NCBI GenBank assembly: GCA_002269645.1
Contig: NIVC01002093.1
Location: 62,001-126,000, forward strand
DNA: 64,000 nt
Reading direction: 5' to 3'
Source of the DNA: Macrostomum lignano
Lineage: Eukaryota
Position numbers and translations under genes: made by a program. Shown in pieces: positions 1-13,330 of this stretch (positions within the stretch are counted from its first letter, which is position 1; each line of letters begins with the position of its first letter). The notes below the pieces were generated by a model, which worked only from the letters and a program-made list of their open reading frames with translations, ran no database searches and was not told where the DNA came from.

Positions 1-346
1 GAATGAATGATTTGACGTTAAACGGTTTGCCTCTATATGGCTTTTGAGCTACTACGAGCGTACTTAAAAGTTAGTTTGGCAGCCATAAAACACACCGGAA
101 GGAGCCAAACGAGATAAATCAGTTGCGAAAAGCAGGCAGCGGCCTGTCGGGTGCAGAGGCTTTAAGCTGGCCGGTGCGGCCAACACCCCCACACCTCAAC
201 CCCCCGCCAAAGTACAGCGATATGTACAGCGGCACCCTCCGGCGTGTCTAACACCCCTTACTCAGAGAGTAACGATTGCATAATACAATGTAGTAACATA
301 TGAAGAACAGTTGTTGAGCAAGTGGCCACCAGCAGCAGCAACTCAC

Positions 347-779
347 CGTTGGTGTAGCTCAGCTGGAGCACCCGGTTTTGCTAGTCGCCTCTGCAGTTCT
401 GGCCCGAATTTCCACTGCAGGCCAGATTGCACTCCGAGTCAGGAGCAGCGCCCAGCGACCCGTAGGAGTTGCCACAGAAGCACCAGTATATGGCCTGCAG
501 AGCCGCGAACTCGAAGCCGCCCAGAGCGCAGACGCTGCTGCACAGCTCGTGAGTCATCTGGCTGCTGCCGACAAAAGCGGTACCGGATTCGTATTTCGGA
601 GATACTTCGGAGCTGCCGATCCGTGTGAGGCCAATGTGCTTCATGTCACCGACGTCTCTCATGTGATTCGAGTATTCAACGAAGCAGCCGAGGTCCGAAA
701 TCTGGAACTGGCGGCAGAGAGAGTCGCAGATGAGGCAGCTCAGGATCGGAGCAGCGCAGAGGATCCTGCAGAGAGGCAT
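347..779 (-). CDS. WSC-domain secreted protein, first exon (contains in-frame TAG at 381-383)
   Basis: Signal-peptide-like N-terminus (MPLCRILCAAPILSCLICDSL), then the WSC Cys pattern LGCF...MTHELCSSVC...FAALQAIYWCFCGNS...ECNLACSGNSGQNC. The frame continues past TAG as QNRVLQLSYTN to a GTGAGT donor at 346-341. Confidence 0.7.
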
Positions 780-871
780 GGCCAGGCTGGGTTTGTCAGT
801 GCGGCATTAAGCAGAATATTACCGAATCTCTGTGCGAGAGAGAGGCTAAATAACAGCAGCCTCATTGATGC

Positions 872-885
872 GTTGCCATGGAGAC
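872..885. promoter_or_regulatory. RFX X-box-like palindrome GTTGCCATGGAGAC
   Basis: Matches the RFX consensus GTYNCY-AT-RGNAAC except one position; lies ~95 bp upstream of the WSC ATG. Confidence 0.35.
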
Positions 886-1279
886 TCTCAGCAGGCAGCC
901 TCTTGCCTATCGGTAAACAGAGCTCTGTGGGAGCGGAATGAGCCGGATTGAAATCCATCAGCGCCATGCATTAACTCGCTCTTGCCCTTAGCCAGAATCA
1001 GTGGAGCTTGGAGACCGTTGGGAGTCTCGATTTGCTTTCTGCCGTTGTCGCATCGAGGCTGCAGCAACTGCTCATAGCCTCATAAGCCCTCATCGAGATC
1101 TGTTTTTCGATTGCGCAGGTGACGCCGAAGCCATTAGTCTACCGTGTGTCTGCGTCAGAAAATTAATTTGAGTTTTGACCCGGCCGCAGCACTTCGTTCG
1201 TGACTAAAACGATGAGAAGCAGCTGGCGGCCGTAATGATCAATAAGTCAGACTGAAACCATCTCTCTAGGCCCATTAGT

Positions 1280-1286
1280 TATCTAT

Positions 1287-1336
<50 letters not shown>

Positions 1337-1344
1337 GTCTATCT
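1280..1344. repeat. (TATC)n microsatellite
   Basis: Direct reading. Confidence 0.95.
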
Positions 1345-3880
1345 AGTTCCACCATTGAACGAGCCGAGCACGGCACCGCTGAAGGCAGCTTCGGGCGAGT
1401 GAATAATTTCTACTTCTAGAAAGTATTTACGAGTAAATAAGGTAGACTCCCATGCATTTTGAAATTTTACGTTTTTTCTCTAAAAAATGCTCCTGTTTTG
1501 CAACCACTGCACCGATTGAGTTGAGTTGAGTGAGGTGTCGATCGATAGAAAACTTTTAGATCTATCGAATGAATATACTTTTAAGTGCAGAGATTACTTA
1601 ACTGAGCCGTAAATTAACTGGAAAGACATTTTTTTCAAAAGTGCTTCTAGGAGATCTCGAAATTCTGGTACACCTAAAGAGATACGGCTTCGACATCTGA
1701 AGATCAAAGTTTTCAAATTAAATTTCCTACAAAATGGTACATGGCGCTTTGATTTATTTCTGCATTTTTATGCAGTTTTGGTGGCTTTTTTGGGCAAAAA
1801 ATGACCCTCATTTTATTATTTCGCCCCCTTTTCCTACGAAGCTTTCTGAGTTTGGGCTTCAAAGCAGTGCAGTTAGATGCGCAATGCAAAAATCTACAAG
1901 TGTCTAAATTTCTGTTTTCCTGCGATTCTGCAGTGCTGAGAAATCGACAAGAATCGATTTTTTTAAAAATCGCCTGACTTTCGCATTATTGCTCATTATA
2001 ATTTTGAGAACATGGTGCGAATAATCCGACTTCGAATTTCTATAGCATAGTTACTGTACTATATTGGTTGAAATTTCCGCCGTCTAATTTCGCTGCTTTC
2101 GGGTTGAAAAATCGATCAGAAATCGATAATTAGTGATTTTTGGCTGATTGGGTGCCCGAAAAATGGATGAATAAAATTTTAAAAGAATGGTAGATCAAAA
2201 GCGGATACCGCAACGAGTCGTCCTTATGTCTGGCTAAAATCAACCAAGTTTTTGAGTGTCTGCACCAAATGCTCATGTGTCAAAAGTGATTGGAAATCGA
2301 TCAGAGTAGTGACTTTTTATGTTTGGCTGGAAATCAGGCAAAAAAAAACGCAATAGGACGGCAATATTTTTATGACGCCTGATTTCCCACATAACGAGGC
2401 TGCAATTTCTAGAGATTCGGTTCATTGGGTAAAAAATTATCGATAAAAAACTGAAAACTTGATTTTTGATACTTTTGCTACTTCCGGGGCTAATTAACCG
2501 GGGGGCTTGGCGTGAGGGCTTGGCGGCTTGGTTTGGAGGGCGTGTAATAGAGCTTCATTTGACTCGCGCACAGACCAAGGAAAATTAGATCGATAAACGG
2601 GCGTCACTTTTTTCATCTTAGACATTTATTATAGGTGGATTTAGCTCTTTAACTGCACATTTGATTTGCAAGCCCAGTTCAAAGTTTGGCCAAGTCACTA
2701 CGTGTACAATCCTTCCCCAGACTATAAGGTTGCCTCCATTTCTCTTAGGCTCTTTTGTGAGCCTGGAGTGAAATGGGTGTTAGCCATCCACCCCTCGCGC
2801 TGTACTTTGTGCCGCCTTTGTGCGCCGTCCTCTCTACCCCCGTGGGGTGGGGGGGTTTGCTCACCCGCTTATTTATATGCACGCCGCCCTCTGTACCCGT
2901 CGTTCGCTTTGGCTTTGCAACGCAAATTTTTTTTAAACACATTTTATTTTTTAAATCTCGTTTGCTTGCAAAATACACTTATCCCCACCTTTCCTTTCCC
3001 CACCTCTCGCGCTGCTTCGGGCCATAGACCTTTGCCTGCCTGCTGTTCGTCTCATTTGCTGTTGGGGTGTGATTGGTTAACAGGCGATACGGCTTATGAA
3101 GTAGCTAGCTATTTACAGTGTTTTGGAAAGACCTTTATTTATAGCTTTCTTTGCAACTCCGTTGGAGAAGAGGCGTGCGGTATCTTAAGTGTACTATCTG
3201 ATTGAGAGTACGAGGTTTATGTCCCACAAAACTGGCCTGACTTTCCAAGCACTTCAGCTGATGCTGAGGATCATGCGCCGAAACAACCAGCTTAATGAGG
3301 TCGAGGTGGTATAACCCTGCTACGCTCTGGAGACTTTGGTCATTAGACAATTTTTAGATCGAGGCCTTCGAGGGCCTATTATAGAAGATTCGATTCTAGC
3401 TCATGGCTGCGGGTCAGATGAGAGAGAAAATGAAAGAAAATAGAGAGAGAAGAGAAAAGACGAGATAAGAGATAAGACGAGAGAGAAGCGAGAGGAGAGG
3501 AGAGAGGGAGACTAGAGAGAGATTAGAGAGGAGAGAAACAGAACAGACAAAGAGAGAAAATGGGAGAAGTAGAGATTTACATTTTTCTTGAGCTTCTCAA
3601 AGTTCTTTTTCATCGGTACAAAGCTAGGTTTATCAAGTAGTATGAAGACCCGCGTCTAAAAAGAAGCCCGTTCACTGGTGGCAAGAAGACGTGTGCGTCT
3701 TCATACTACTTGTAGATTTATTTAGATAGTTTAGAACTTTATATAGATCAGAGAAGCTTGTTTGCGTCTTTGAAAATCAATATTCACTCAGCTCTCTATA
3801 TTAGTGCGTGCCCACAGTGCCTTCACTGCGCTTCTCTCATCTTAGCCTAAAGCCTAATTTGCCAAATTTGGTTCAAGTTC

Positions 3881-3961
3881 GGCCATAGACTAGGATTTTA
3901 GCGCTTTGTATTAAGACTGAGTTAAGCAGCTTTTGCGATCTCCTCAATTTAGTCTATGGCC
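3881..3961. mobile_element. 81-bp mini inverted-repeat element with GGCCATAGACTA termini
   Basis: ggccatagacta at 3881 and tagtctatggcc ending at 3961. Confidence 0.45.
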
Positions 3962-4367
3962 AGTGGCCTCTGTGCAGTACAGTTCCATTCTGAGCGCCTT
4001 CCCCCCAGCTTTTGTTAAGCTAGCAGACAAGCGAGCGGCGATCGCAACTCTGAGGCTCAGATAAGTTTTGTTCAACGAAGGACCAAGACTGGGTAAGTTT
4101 GATTTCTGACCAATTCTGCCATGCCTTATATATGGAATCTTTGTTCGCAAAGCTGTTCCATTTTTAATTTAGGGAACTATATAAGCTGTTGAAACCCGCG
4201 GCTTTTGTACGAGCCCACTAAATTACAATCCTTGGAATTATTTTTTTGTATGCATTTTTAAATCTGATGTCATATTTAAACAAAAACTTGTTAATATTTA
4301 TAGGATAAAAGTTAACAATGTGAGACTATAAAATTTTAATAGAAGATGAATCTTTTAAAAGATAGAT

Positions 4368-5040
4368 CCAGCAGGCCTGGCGCCCCCCTCCTTTCCAGCA
4401 GGCCTGGCGCCCCCTTCCTTTCCAGCAGGCCTGGCGCTCCCCCTTTCCAGCAAGCCTGGCGCCCCCCTCCTTTCCAGCAGGCCTGGCGCCCCTTCCTTTC
4501 CAGCAGGCCTGGCGCTCCCCCTTTCCAACAAGCCTGGCGCCTCCCTCCTTTCCAGCAGGCCTGGCGCCCCCCTCCTTTCCAGCAGGCCTGGTGCCCCTCT
4601 CCTTTCCAGCAGGTCTGGCTCCCCCTCCTTTCCAGCAGGCCTGGCGCCCCCCTCCTTTCCAGCAGGCCTGGCGCCCCCTCCTTTCCAGCAGGTCTGGCGC
4701 CCCCTCCTTTCCAGCAGGCCTGGCGCCCCCCTCCTTTCCAGCAGGCCTGGTGCCCCCCTCCATTCCAGCAGGCCTGGCGCCTCTCTCCTTTCCAGCAGGC
4801 CTGGCGCCTCTCTCCTTTCCAGCAAGCCTGGCGCCCCCCTCCTTTCCAGCAGGCCTGGCGCCCCCTTCCTTTCCAGCAGGCCTGGCGCTCCCCCTTTCCA
4901 GCAAGCCTGGCGCCCCCCTCTTTTCCAGCAGGCCTGGCGCCCCCTCTTTTCCAGTAGACCTGGCGCCCCCCTCCATTCCAGCAGGCCTGGCGCCCCCTCT
5001 TTTCCAGTAGACCTGGCGCCCCCTCCATTCCAGCAGGCTT
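4368..5040. repeat. GC-rich minisatellite, 26-27-bp unit (ctggcgcccccctcctttccagcaggc), ~25 copies
   Basis: Direct tandem reading; explains the spurious ORFs at 4326-5238. Confidence 0.95.
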
Positions 5041-5409
5041 GGCTCCGCCAGAAATGGGGACATTAAAATGCGTGGACATAGTTGCCACAAATGCACACTC
5101 ACTCTTTGTATTGAAATTGGCTTTAGAGCACAGCAGAGCGATGGAAATTTTTATTTCGTTTTTATTCGGTTTCGTATTACTGCACGATATAAGCGTATTT
5201 GCGCATACGCGTACGTATCCGTCAATAATTTGGGACACAAACAGTAACTTGTATACTTAATACAGTCTTATTTAGCATTATGATTGCTAACGCATTTGTA
5301 TTTGATTGTTATTGTTAATTATGAGGCAAATTTCTTTAGATTGTGATTTTTTGTGATCAAAATTCAATATAATATCAATAGTATAGCTAATATATCTTAT
5401 TTACATAGA

Positions 5410-6900
5410 GAAAGAGCACAACCGTACAAAGTTGTGACCTAGCTTTGAGAACGACCGAGCCGATGAGATGTCATTGGAATCAATGATTGAATGGAATTCG
5501 AATGAAGGCATGTCCTTCGGCTATGTTGACAAAGGATATGATGGCAAGGCAAGTGATCAGGAGGCGACGTCGGCATTGGTAGTGATGGCTGTGGGTCTGA
5601 AGAACTATTGGAAGTTGCTAATGGGTTATTTTCTAGTAAATGGTGTGGATGTTGAATTTTTGTCTAGTGTTGTAGAAGACTCAATTTAGAGGCTTATCAG
5701 ATTGGCGTTGTCGCCACATCGTTCACATGCGATGGATTGCAGCACAGCATTTAAGCTTTGAACTTCTTGGGGCTAAAATTAGTTCTCCGGATTCAATTGT
5801 CGCCACGTTCCCTCATCCTTGTGACCCAAGCATTCAGGTTTCTGCCTTCCTCGATCCGCCTCATATGTGGAAGCTGATTCGCAATCAGTGGCAATCATTA
5901 TGCACGGTAGTTTGGCCAAATAGGGGGAATATTGATTGGAAATCTGAAGGTCTATTTGGCATCCCAGCTTTTTAGTAAGTCAGTTGCTGACTCCCTGCGG
6001 TGGGTGCATCAGCAAGCTTTGGCCGGATTCGAGCACCATAATGTACTTGTGACGGCAGATTTTATTGAGCACATGAATGACTTGTTCGACGCCTTTAACT
6101 ACAAGCTACTAGTAAATTACAGAGACAAAATGGCTCTAAGGGCTGACAACCAGTCGGACTTTATTGACTTCTTTAACTGACTCGATTAAGCTTCTCGGAA
6201 GTCTTGAAAATCTGTCTGGGCGCAAAATTATTGAAACTGCAAAGAAAACAGGCTTTCTCGGCTTCATGGTGAATTGTGAGGCTGATATGGCCCTTGCCAA
6301 GTATTTGTTTTCAAGTTGTGGTTTTTTTCTTTGCACTTACAAGTTGTCGCGGGATTTTCTTGAGTTATTTTTTAACGCCGTCAGACTTTGAAACGGCTGG
6401 AATCACAATCCGACTCCGAGACAGTTTCGCTTAGCCTTTAGACAGTTACTAGTGCACCCTGGAGGTGGAATTCTCCAATCGACTAGTTCCTATGTTAAGC
6501 AACAGGATGCCACTATTTAGTTGTCATTATCTTGTCTTCCTTCGTCACAATCAACAGAGGCAGGAAAACCTTAATGGAAGCAGATAAGTGCTCAGAACAG
6601 TTTGGGTTTAAGCCTTAATTCCATTCAACATTGTGTGAATGCATCAAAATGCGAAGTATGCCAGTCGATTGTGTATTACATTGCAGGCGCAGTGGTCAGT
6701 AGTATGCTTAAATTAATTGAATGCGCCCCGTGCAGATCAGCACTCATTTCCAGCACTGAAATGGTTGCCCTGCTCTCTTGTCACCATGAAAAATGTGCTG
6801 AATAAAGAAGGAACTAGGGGGTTGATTTTTCCAAGCAACAATGTCTTGCAAGTTTTGCTTCATGCCGAAACAATCATTCGACGTGCAAACTATACTGGTG
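5410..6900 (+). pseudogene. Decayed P-element/THAP9-type DDE transposase
   Basis: Frame-broken fragments carry family motifs: ALVVMAVGLKNYWKLLMGYFL, FLDPPHMWKLIRN, KVYLASQLFSKSVADSL, TYKLSRDFLELFFNAVR*NGWNHNPTPRQF, CEVCQSIVYYIAGAVV. Multiple stops and frameshifts. Confidence 0.85.
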
Positions 6901-6947
6901 ATTGGTAAAAATCTGGACATGGTTAGTTTTTGCCATAGACAAAAATA

Positions 6948-8067
6948 TAGCCGCCAATTGCGCCGACTGCTGCCAAATGCGCCGACCAAATGCGCCGACA
7001 AGATTTTGGATTCCCCTCGCCAAATAGGATTCCCTAGCCCATATACCATAGAATATATGAACATTTATCATGCAGCACTAGCGTGACAGATTTCCCCTGT
7101 GCACATATACAAGCCATAGACAAGAACTCGTCGGCGCATTTTGCTGACGCATTTGGTCGGCGCATTTGGTCGGCGCATTTGGTCGGCGCATTTGGTCTAT
7201 ACGTTAGACAAGCCAATGAGAAGCCGGCGCATTTGGTCTATATGTTAGACAAGCCAATGAGAAGCCGGCGCATTTGGTCGGCGCATTTGGTCGGCGCATT
7301 TGGTCTATATATTAGACAAGCCAATGAGAAGCCGGCGCATTTGGTCTATATGTTAGACAAGCCAATGAGAAGCCGGCGCATTTGGTCGGCGCATTTGGTC
7401 GGCGCATTTGGTCGGCGCATTTGGTCGGCGCATTTGGTCGGCGCATTTGGTTGACGACTTTGGCTGACGACTTTGGTAGCTTGACGACTTTGGCTGACGA
7501 CTTTGGTTAGTTGACGACTTTGGCTGACGACTTTGGCAGCTTGACGACTTTGGCTGACGCATTTGGTCGGCGCATTTGGTCGGCGCATTTGGTCTATATG
7601 TTAGACAAGTCAATGAGAAGCCGGCGCATTTGGTCGGCGCATTTGGTCTATATGTTAGACAAGTCAATGAGAAGCCGGCGCATTTGGTCGGCGCATTTGG
7701 TCGGCGCATTTGGTCGGCGCATTTGGTCGGCGCATTTGGTCGGCGCATTTGGTCGGCGCATTTGGTCGGCGCATTTGGTCGGCGCATTTGGTCGGCGCAT
7801 TTGGTCGGCGCATTTGGTCGGCGCATTTGGTCGGCGCATTTGGTCGGCGCATTTGGTCGGCGCATTTGGTCGGCGCATTTGGTCGGCGCATTTGGTCGGC
7901 GCATTTGGCCGACGCAATTGATTGGTGTACTTGGTTGATTTACTCCTATGTTTTAACACATTGATGTTTTGACCCCAGATACTTTAACACTGTTGGTTTG
8001 AACACTAATGTTTCAGCAGTGATGTTTTCAACCCCCCCCCACCCCCCCTCGTGCTTTAGTGGTGGGG
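6948..8067 (+). mobile_element. Non-coding element carrying a 13-bp satellite (catttggtcggcg), copy 1
   Basis: Unique flanks (tagccgccaattgcgccg...; ...gtgctttagtggtgggg) recur in inverted orientation at 52306-53549. Confidence 0.75.
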
Positions 8068-8353
8068 TCCGTAGGCGCCCGCCGCCAGGGCCGCCGACTC
8101 GGCCTCCGTAGCCTTGACGGCCGCGGCCGCCAGCTGCCACATACGAAAACAATGTCTGTGTAATAGGATTTTGGTTCGGTACGGATATCGTATTAGTTGA
8201 TGTCGTTGGTGGTGGCACACTATATAATAAATAAATAAATAAAAAATAATAGATACATTCATATGATGTCACTTACGATACGTATGTGGCGACCGGCTGG
8301 CCGCGACCGTCAACCTCCAAGATGTCATTTTGTTGGGCAGGGTTGGTGGACAT
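8068..8353 (-). pseudogene. Truncated copy of the helical-hairpin family gene (exon 1 8353-8277, exon 2 from 8155)
   Basis: MSTNPAQQNDILEVDGRGQPVATYVS|gtaagt ... acag|HCFRMWQLAAAAVKATEAESAALAAGAYGP, cut off by the 13-bp satellite element. Confidence 0.7.
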
Positions 8354-9565
8354 GTCTGTAGAAAAAAATGCAAGCATTATCACATTATGTTATGCACAGT
8401 TCGATAAATGATAAATAGCAATAAATATATTGACAACAATAATAAAAGAAATCGACTTACTATTTGCTTGAAATCGAATGAGCGAATGAGATCGAATAGA
8501 CTTGATTCAATTGAATGAAAGAAATCGAATGGAGTTGTTGGGTGATTTTATAAGTCGACTCAACTTAACTGTATGTACAGTTTACACAAGACAATCGTCT
8601 ATGGCAAAATGCCAATATTTTGTGTTGATCGATCGATGTTTGGTCTATGGTTCTTTGTCGAAAATATTGTTATCGTTCTCTTGTAATACATATTGATAGA
8701 TGGATATAGTTTCAATGTGTAATTTTACACTGACCATAGCAGCAACAGAATACAGCGTACTGTACACTAAAACAAGCTATATGAATTGCCATAGACTAAA
8801 TAGTCTGACACGCACTGTCTATCTAATCTGTGCCAGCGAATGCTTACTGTCAAGAACAAAACGGAGCAAAAGTTTGCTTCAATTGACTGCACCTGATGAA
8901 GGTGGCAAAGTTAGGTGCCTTATAATTGAGTGTTGCATGGGTTCGAATCCCATGTGGTCAGAGTTTTTTTTTCTGTTTAAAGTTTTTTAGAGCAAACAGA
9001 TTTTCAGTATTTTTTTATTTCTCTTACTCTTATGTTTTTTATACAATTAAATTAATTACAATTTATTATTCTCTTTACACGTTTTTACAGAGTACGGGCG
9101 AATCTTTTAGTGCAGCACGTATGATTGTTAGTGTAAAAAGTATACTACGATACATGTCGGCAAGCAAGTATTTGGTGTATATATAAGCGTCTGTCGTCTT
9201 TAATTTATTTGATATGTTGTGCCCTTCTTATTGTTCTATCTATATTAATAAAGCTTTTTGGTCAGAAAAATATATTTCTATGTTAATATGTGCTCGATAA
9301 TACCTAATTTCCTAAGAAATGAGGTTTCTCGTCATTCTACTTAAGTCGTCATTAAGTTCACCATGGCAACAAGTAACAAGTCTGTAAAAATACATTTTCC
9401 TGTAAAAAAAAACAGTATAGATATCAGGGATAAGAAATAATTAATTTCGATGTTTAATATTCTATCTTGACACTAAAATTCCAACAGAAAAATTTTGTTA
9501 ATACGGGTGTTACATGTTCCTCAATTCTTTTCGAATTTTTACGATTACATTTGGCTTAAAAGCTA
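8068..9565 (+). repeat. 1.5-kb direct repeat, copy 1 (copy 2 at 11748-13245; diverged copy 3 at ~55130-56650)
   Basis: Identical ORFs at offset 3680 (8502/12182, 8700/12380, 8926/12606). Confidence 0.95.
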
Positions 9566-11665
9566 AAGTTGTTCAATAGATTTTAAATAACAGGTCCGTC
9601 CATGGATAATAATTATAATAAGCCGTTGTTAATTTTTACACTTGTTTTATTTGTGCGCATAATTGATTATTAGATAAAGCAAGTGACAATACATTTCACT
9701 ATTAATCGTAGTTGTCGAATCTAAAGTCATCAATTAATTAAGACTAAATACAAGTAATTATATTTCAATTGCATTGTACCTTATGGTTTGTTAGACACTT
9801 TGTTCTAAGAGAAGTTACCTATACTCTAAATACTAATTGGAATGAATTGTAGTTGGCACAGTTAAACTGTTCATTATGATCTAAAATTTCTTTGATCTAC
9901 ATAGTTGGGCATACAATTGAATGTCTGACCCACTAGCTAGATCAATGTAAAGATAATCTATGTCCTGTGTATAGATAAGCTACATTAATATAAAGCTAAA
10001 TATATTGGTTAAGACAGACTACAACCATATTATGCTTTAATATTAATTTTCTTTGAATTGTATAAATAACCTATGAAAGTCAAATTTCAAATAATGAGTA
10101 TTTGTGATGGACAAAACAACTTATTATTGATGCTCTTATCAATATGCATACAAGATATGCTAATTTAATGAATTAATTAGGAAGAAAATATAGTTTATTA
10201 AAATATGATTAGCACATAGTTTGGTTTCCTGTTTATTATGATTCAAGGCAAGACCAGATTTGGTCACAATGTCGCATATCACACCAATATAAATATAATG
10301 ATAACTATATGCAAAGGTCTGTCATTTTATATATTGAATTTCAATTCTTTTCTTCTTTTAGTAAAAAATAAAGGCTAAATGTAGCTAGGTCAAAGACAAA
10401 GTATGATAGAGAACAGCAAAATAGTCAATTAGCATGTTGGAACCAAGCCATATTGTATATTTATTGGCCAATTGCAATATAGAATTGGAATTAAATGACT
10501 AGATGATTAAATTGGATAGACTTCAACAAGGCAAAAATTAAGAATATACATATTTAGTTCAATAAGTCATTTCAATTTCAATAAGTCATTTGAATAGATT
10601 TTGAATTTGAGTTTTGGAACTCAGGGCATACAGGCAAAAAAAATAGAAAAATTCACATAAGTGACACTATATGAATGTATCTATTATTATTTATTTATTT
10701 ATTTATTTATTACATAGTATAAACATAGATAAGCCTAGTATTCTATGGCCTAGGCATATCTTATATGCCTATAATGGCTAAATAGGCATAATTGGCAACA
10801 ATAATTGGCCGCGTCATTGAGTCCTTCTATAATACAGTTCTGGCTAAGGTCATTCAATGACCTGGCCGGCCTGATGCAAATGTAGATGTCGACGCAGGCA
10901 TCCACGCCGTCCTCATAACGATAGCAGCATATTCCATAATCTATATTCCATATTCCGCGTCATTGAGTCCTTCTATAATGCAGTTCTGGCTAAGGTCATT
11001 CAATGTCGGCGCAGGTATCCACGCCGTCCTCATAGCAGTAGCGGCATGCATAGTACTCCTCCAGATTGGCTCGCCGTTCGAGGATTGGATGCTGGCCATA
11101 ATGCCTGTCCGGCCTGATGCAAATGTAGATGTCGACGCAGGCATCCACGCCATCCTCATACCGATAGCAGAATATTCCATTATACTATATATTTTATATT
11201 ACAGAATCCATATTCCATAGTACTTCCGATCGGTTAGCGTTCAGGTGGCTGTCCACTTCCTGTTCCATGAGCTGCGCACCACCAAGTAGCCTTGCGTTGT
11301 ATTCATAATTGACGCCCCAATTAGTCGCTTGTGCGCCCGCTATGCTACCTGATTTACATACATCCGTTCCCAATCTGGTAATTGCCGGTCTTGATTGTTA
11401 AGACTGTTTGCGATAAATATGAAGAATATAATAGATAAATGATAAATTTGTAGGTTTGTAGCACTCCACCAGATTGGCTCGCCGTTCAAGGATCGGATGC
11501 TGGCCATAATGCCTGGCCGGCCTGATGCAAATGTAGATGTCGGCGCAGGCATCCACGCCGTCCTCATAATGGTAGCGGCATAGCAGCTATAGTATAGCAC
11601 AACAATTTCCATTTGGGGTGGCCGGCGCTGGTTGCATTTGTGCATTCTATTTGGTGTGGCCAGCG
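9562..11665 (+). repeat. 2104-bp inverted repeat, left arm
   Basis: Reverse complement of 13969-16072; ORF 10941..11180(-) equals 14454..14693(+). A few SNPs between arms. Confidence 0.95.
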
Positions 11666-12033
11666 GTCGTCCCCCCTTCGCCCCAGCGGCCCGACGCGCG
11701 TCGGCCAGATCCCGCTCAATGGCCCGGTGTTGGCCGGGCGTCATCGGGCCGTAGGCGCCCGCCGCCAGGGCCGCCGACTCGGCCTCCGTAGCCTTGACGG
11801 CCGCGGCCGCCAGCTGCCACATACGAAAACAATGTCTGTGTAATAGGATTTTGGTTCGGTACGGATATCGTATTAGTTGATGTCGTTGGTGGTGGCACAA
11901 TATATAATAAATAAATAAATAAAAAATAATAGATACATTCATATGATGTCACTTACGATACGTATGTGGCGACCGGCTGGCCGCGACCGTCAACCTCCAA
12001 GATGTCATTTTGTTGGGCAGGGTTGGTGGACAT
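11666..12033 (-). pseudogene. Second rearranged copy of the helical-hairpin family gene (exon 1 12033-11957, exon 2 from 11835)
   Basis: Same exon structure as 8353-8068; runs further (AYGPMTPGQHRAIERDLADARRAA) before joining the inverted-repeat arm. Confidence 0.65.
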
Positions 12034-13245
12034 GTCTGTAGAAAAAAATGCAAGCATTATCACATTATGTTATGCACAGTTCGATAAATGATAAATAGCA
12101 ATAAATATATTGACAACAATAATAAAAGAAATCGACTTACTATTTGCTTGAAATCGAATGAGCGAATGAGATCGAATAGACTTGATTCAATTGAATGAAA
12201 GAAATCGAATGGAGTTGTTGGGTGATTTTATAAGTCGACTCAACTTAACTGTATGTACAGTTTACACAAGACAATCGTCTATGGCAAAATGCCAATATTT
12301 TGTGTTGATCGATCGATGTTTGGTCTATGGTTCTTTGTCGAAAATATTGTTATCGTTCTCTTGTAATACATATTGATAGATGGATATAGTTTCAATGTGT
12401 AATTTTACACTGACCATAGCAGCAACAGAATACAGCGTACTGTACACTAAAACAAGCTATATGAATTGCCATAGACTAAATAGTCTGACACGCACTGTCT
12501 ATCTAATCTGTGCCAGCGAATGCTTACTGTCAAGAACAAAACGGAGCAAAAGTTTGCTTCAATTGACTGCACCTGATGAAGGTGGCAAAGTTAGGTGCCT
12601 TATAATTGAGTGTTGCATGGGTTCGAATCCCATGTGGTCAGAGTTTTTTTTTCTGTTTAAAGTTTTTTAGAGCAAACATATTTTCAGTATTTTTTTATTT
12701 CTCTTACTCTTATGTTTTTTATACAATTAAATTAATTACAATTTATTATTCTCTTTACACGTTTTTACAGAGTACGGGCGAATCTTTTAGTGCAGCACGT
12801 ATGATTGTTAGTGTAAAAAGTATACTACGATACATGTCGGCAAGCAAGTATTTGGTGTATATATAAGCGTCTGTCGTCTTTAATTTATTTGATATGTTGT
12901 GCCCTTCTTATTGTTCTATCTATATTAATAAAGCTTTTTGGTCAGAAAAATATATTTCTATGTTAATATGTGCTCGATAATACCTAATTTCCTAAGAAAT
13001 GAGGTTTCTCGTCATTCTACTTAAGTCGTCATTAAGTTCACCATGGCAACAAGTAACAAGTCTGTAAAAATACATTTTCCTGTAAAAAAAAACAGTATAG
13101 ATATCAGGGATAAGAAATAATTAATTTCGATGTTTAATATTCTATCTTGACACTAAAATTCCAACAGAAAAATTTTGTTAATACGGGTGTTACATGTTCC
13201 TCAATTCTTTTCGAATTTTTACGATTACATTTGGCTTAAAAGCTA
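11748..13245 (+). repeat. 1.5-kb direct repeat, copy 2
   Basis: Near-identical to 8068-9565. Confidence 0.95.
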
Positions 13246-13330
13246 TTTTTACAGCGCATATGACCATCGCATTGGTTTGACAACGGATCCGACATACTGG
13301 ATGTGCATCGACAATCAATTTAATATTCTA

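Noticed and set aside
311-941. Plus-strand ORFs 311..628 and 378..941
   Set aside because: Antisense shadows of the WSC exon with no recognisable motifs.
4326-5238. Long ORFs in the 27-bp minisatellite
   Set aside because: Open in several frames and on both strands purely because of the repeat.
7120-7915. 13-bp repeat array as a CRISPR
   Set aside because: Head-to-tail satellite without unique spacers; no cas genes; eukaryotic context. The same applies to the 16-, 21-, 27- and 54-bp arrays.
8502-9186. Short ORFs repeated in the duplicated block
   Set aside because: AT-rich, non-ATG or composition-driven; identity between copies reflects recent duplication, not coding constraint.
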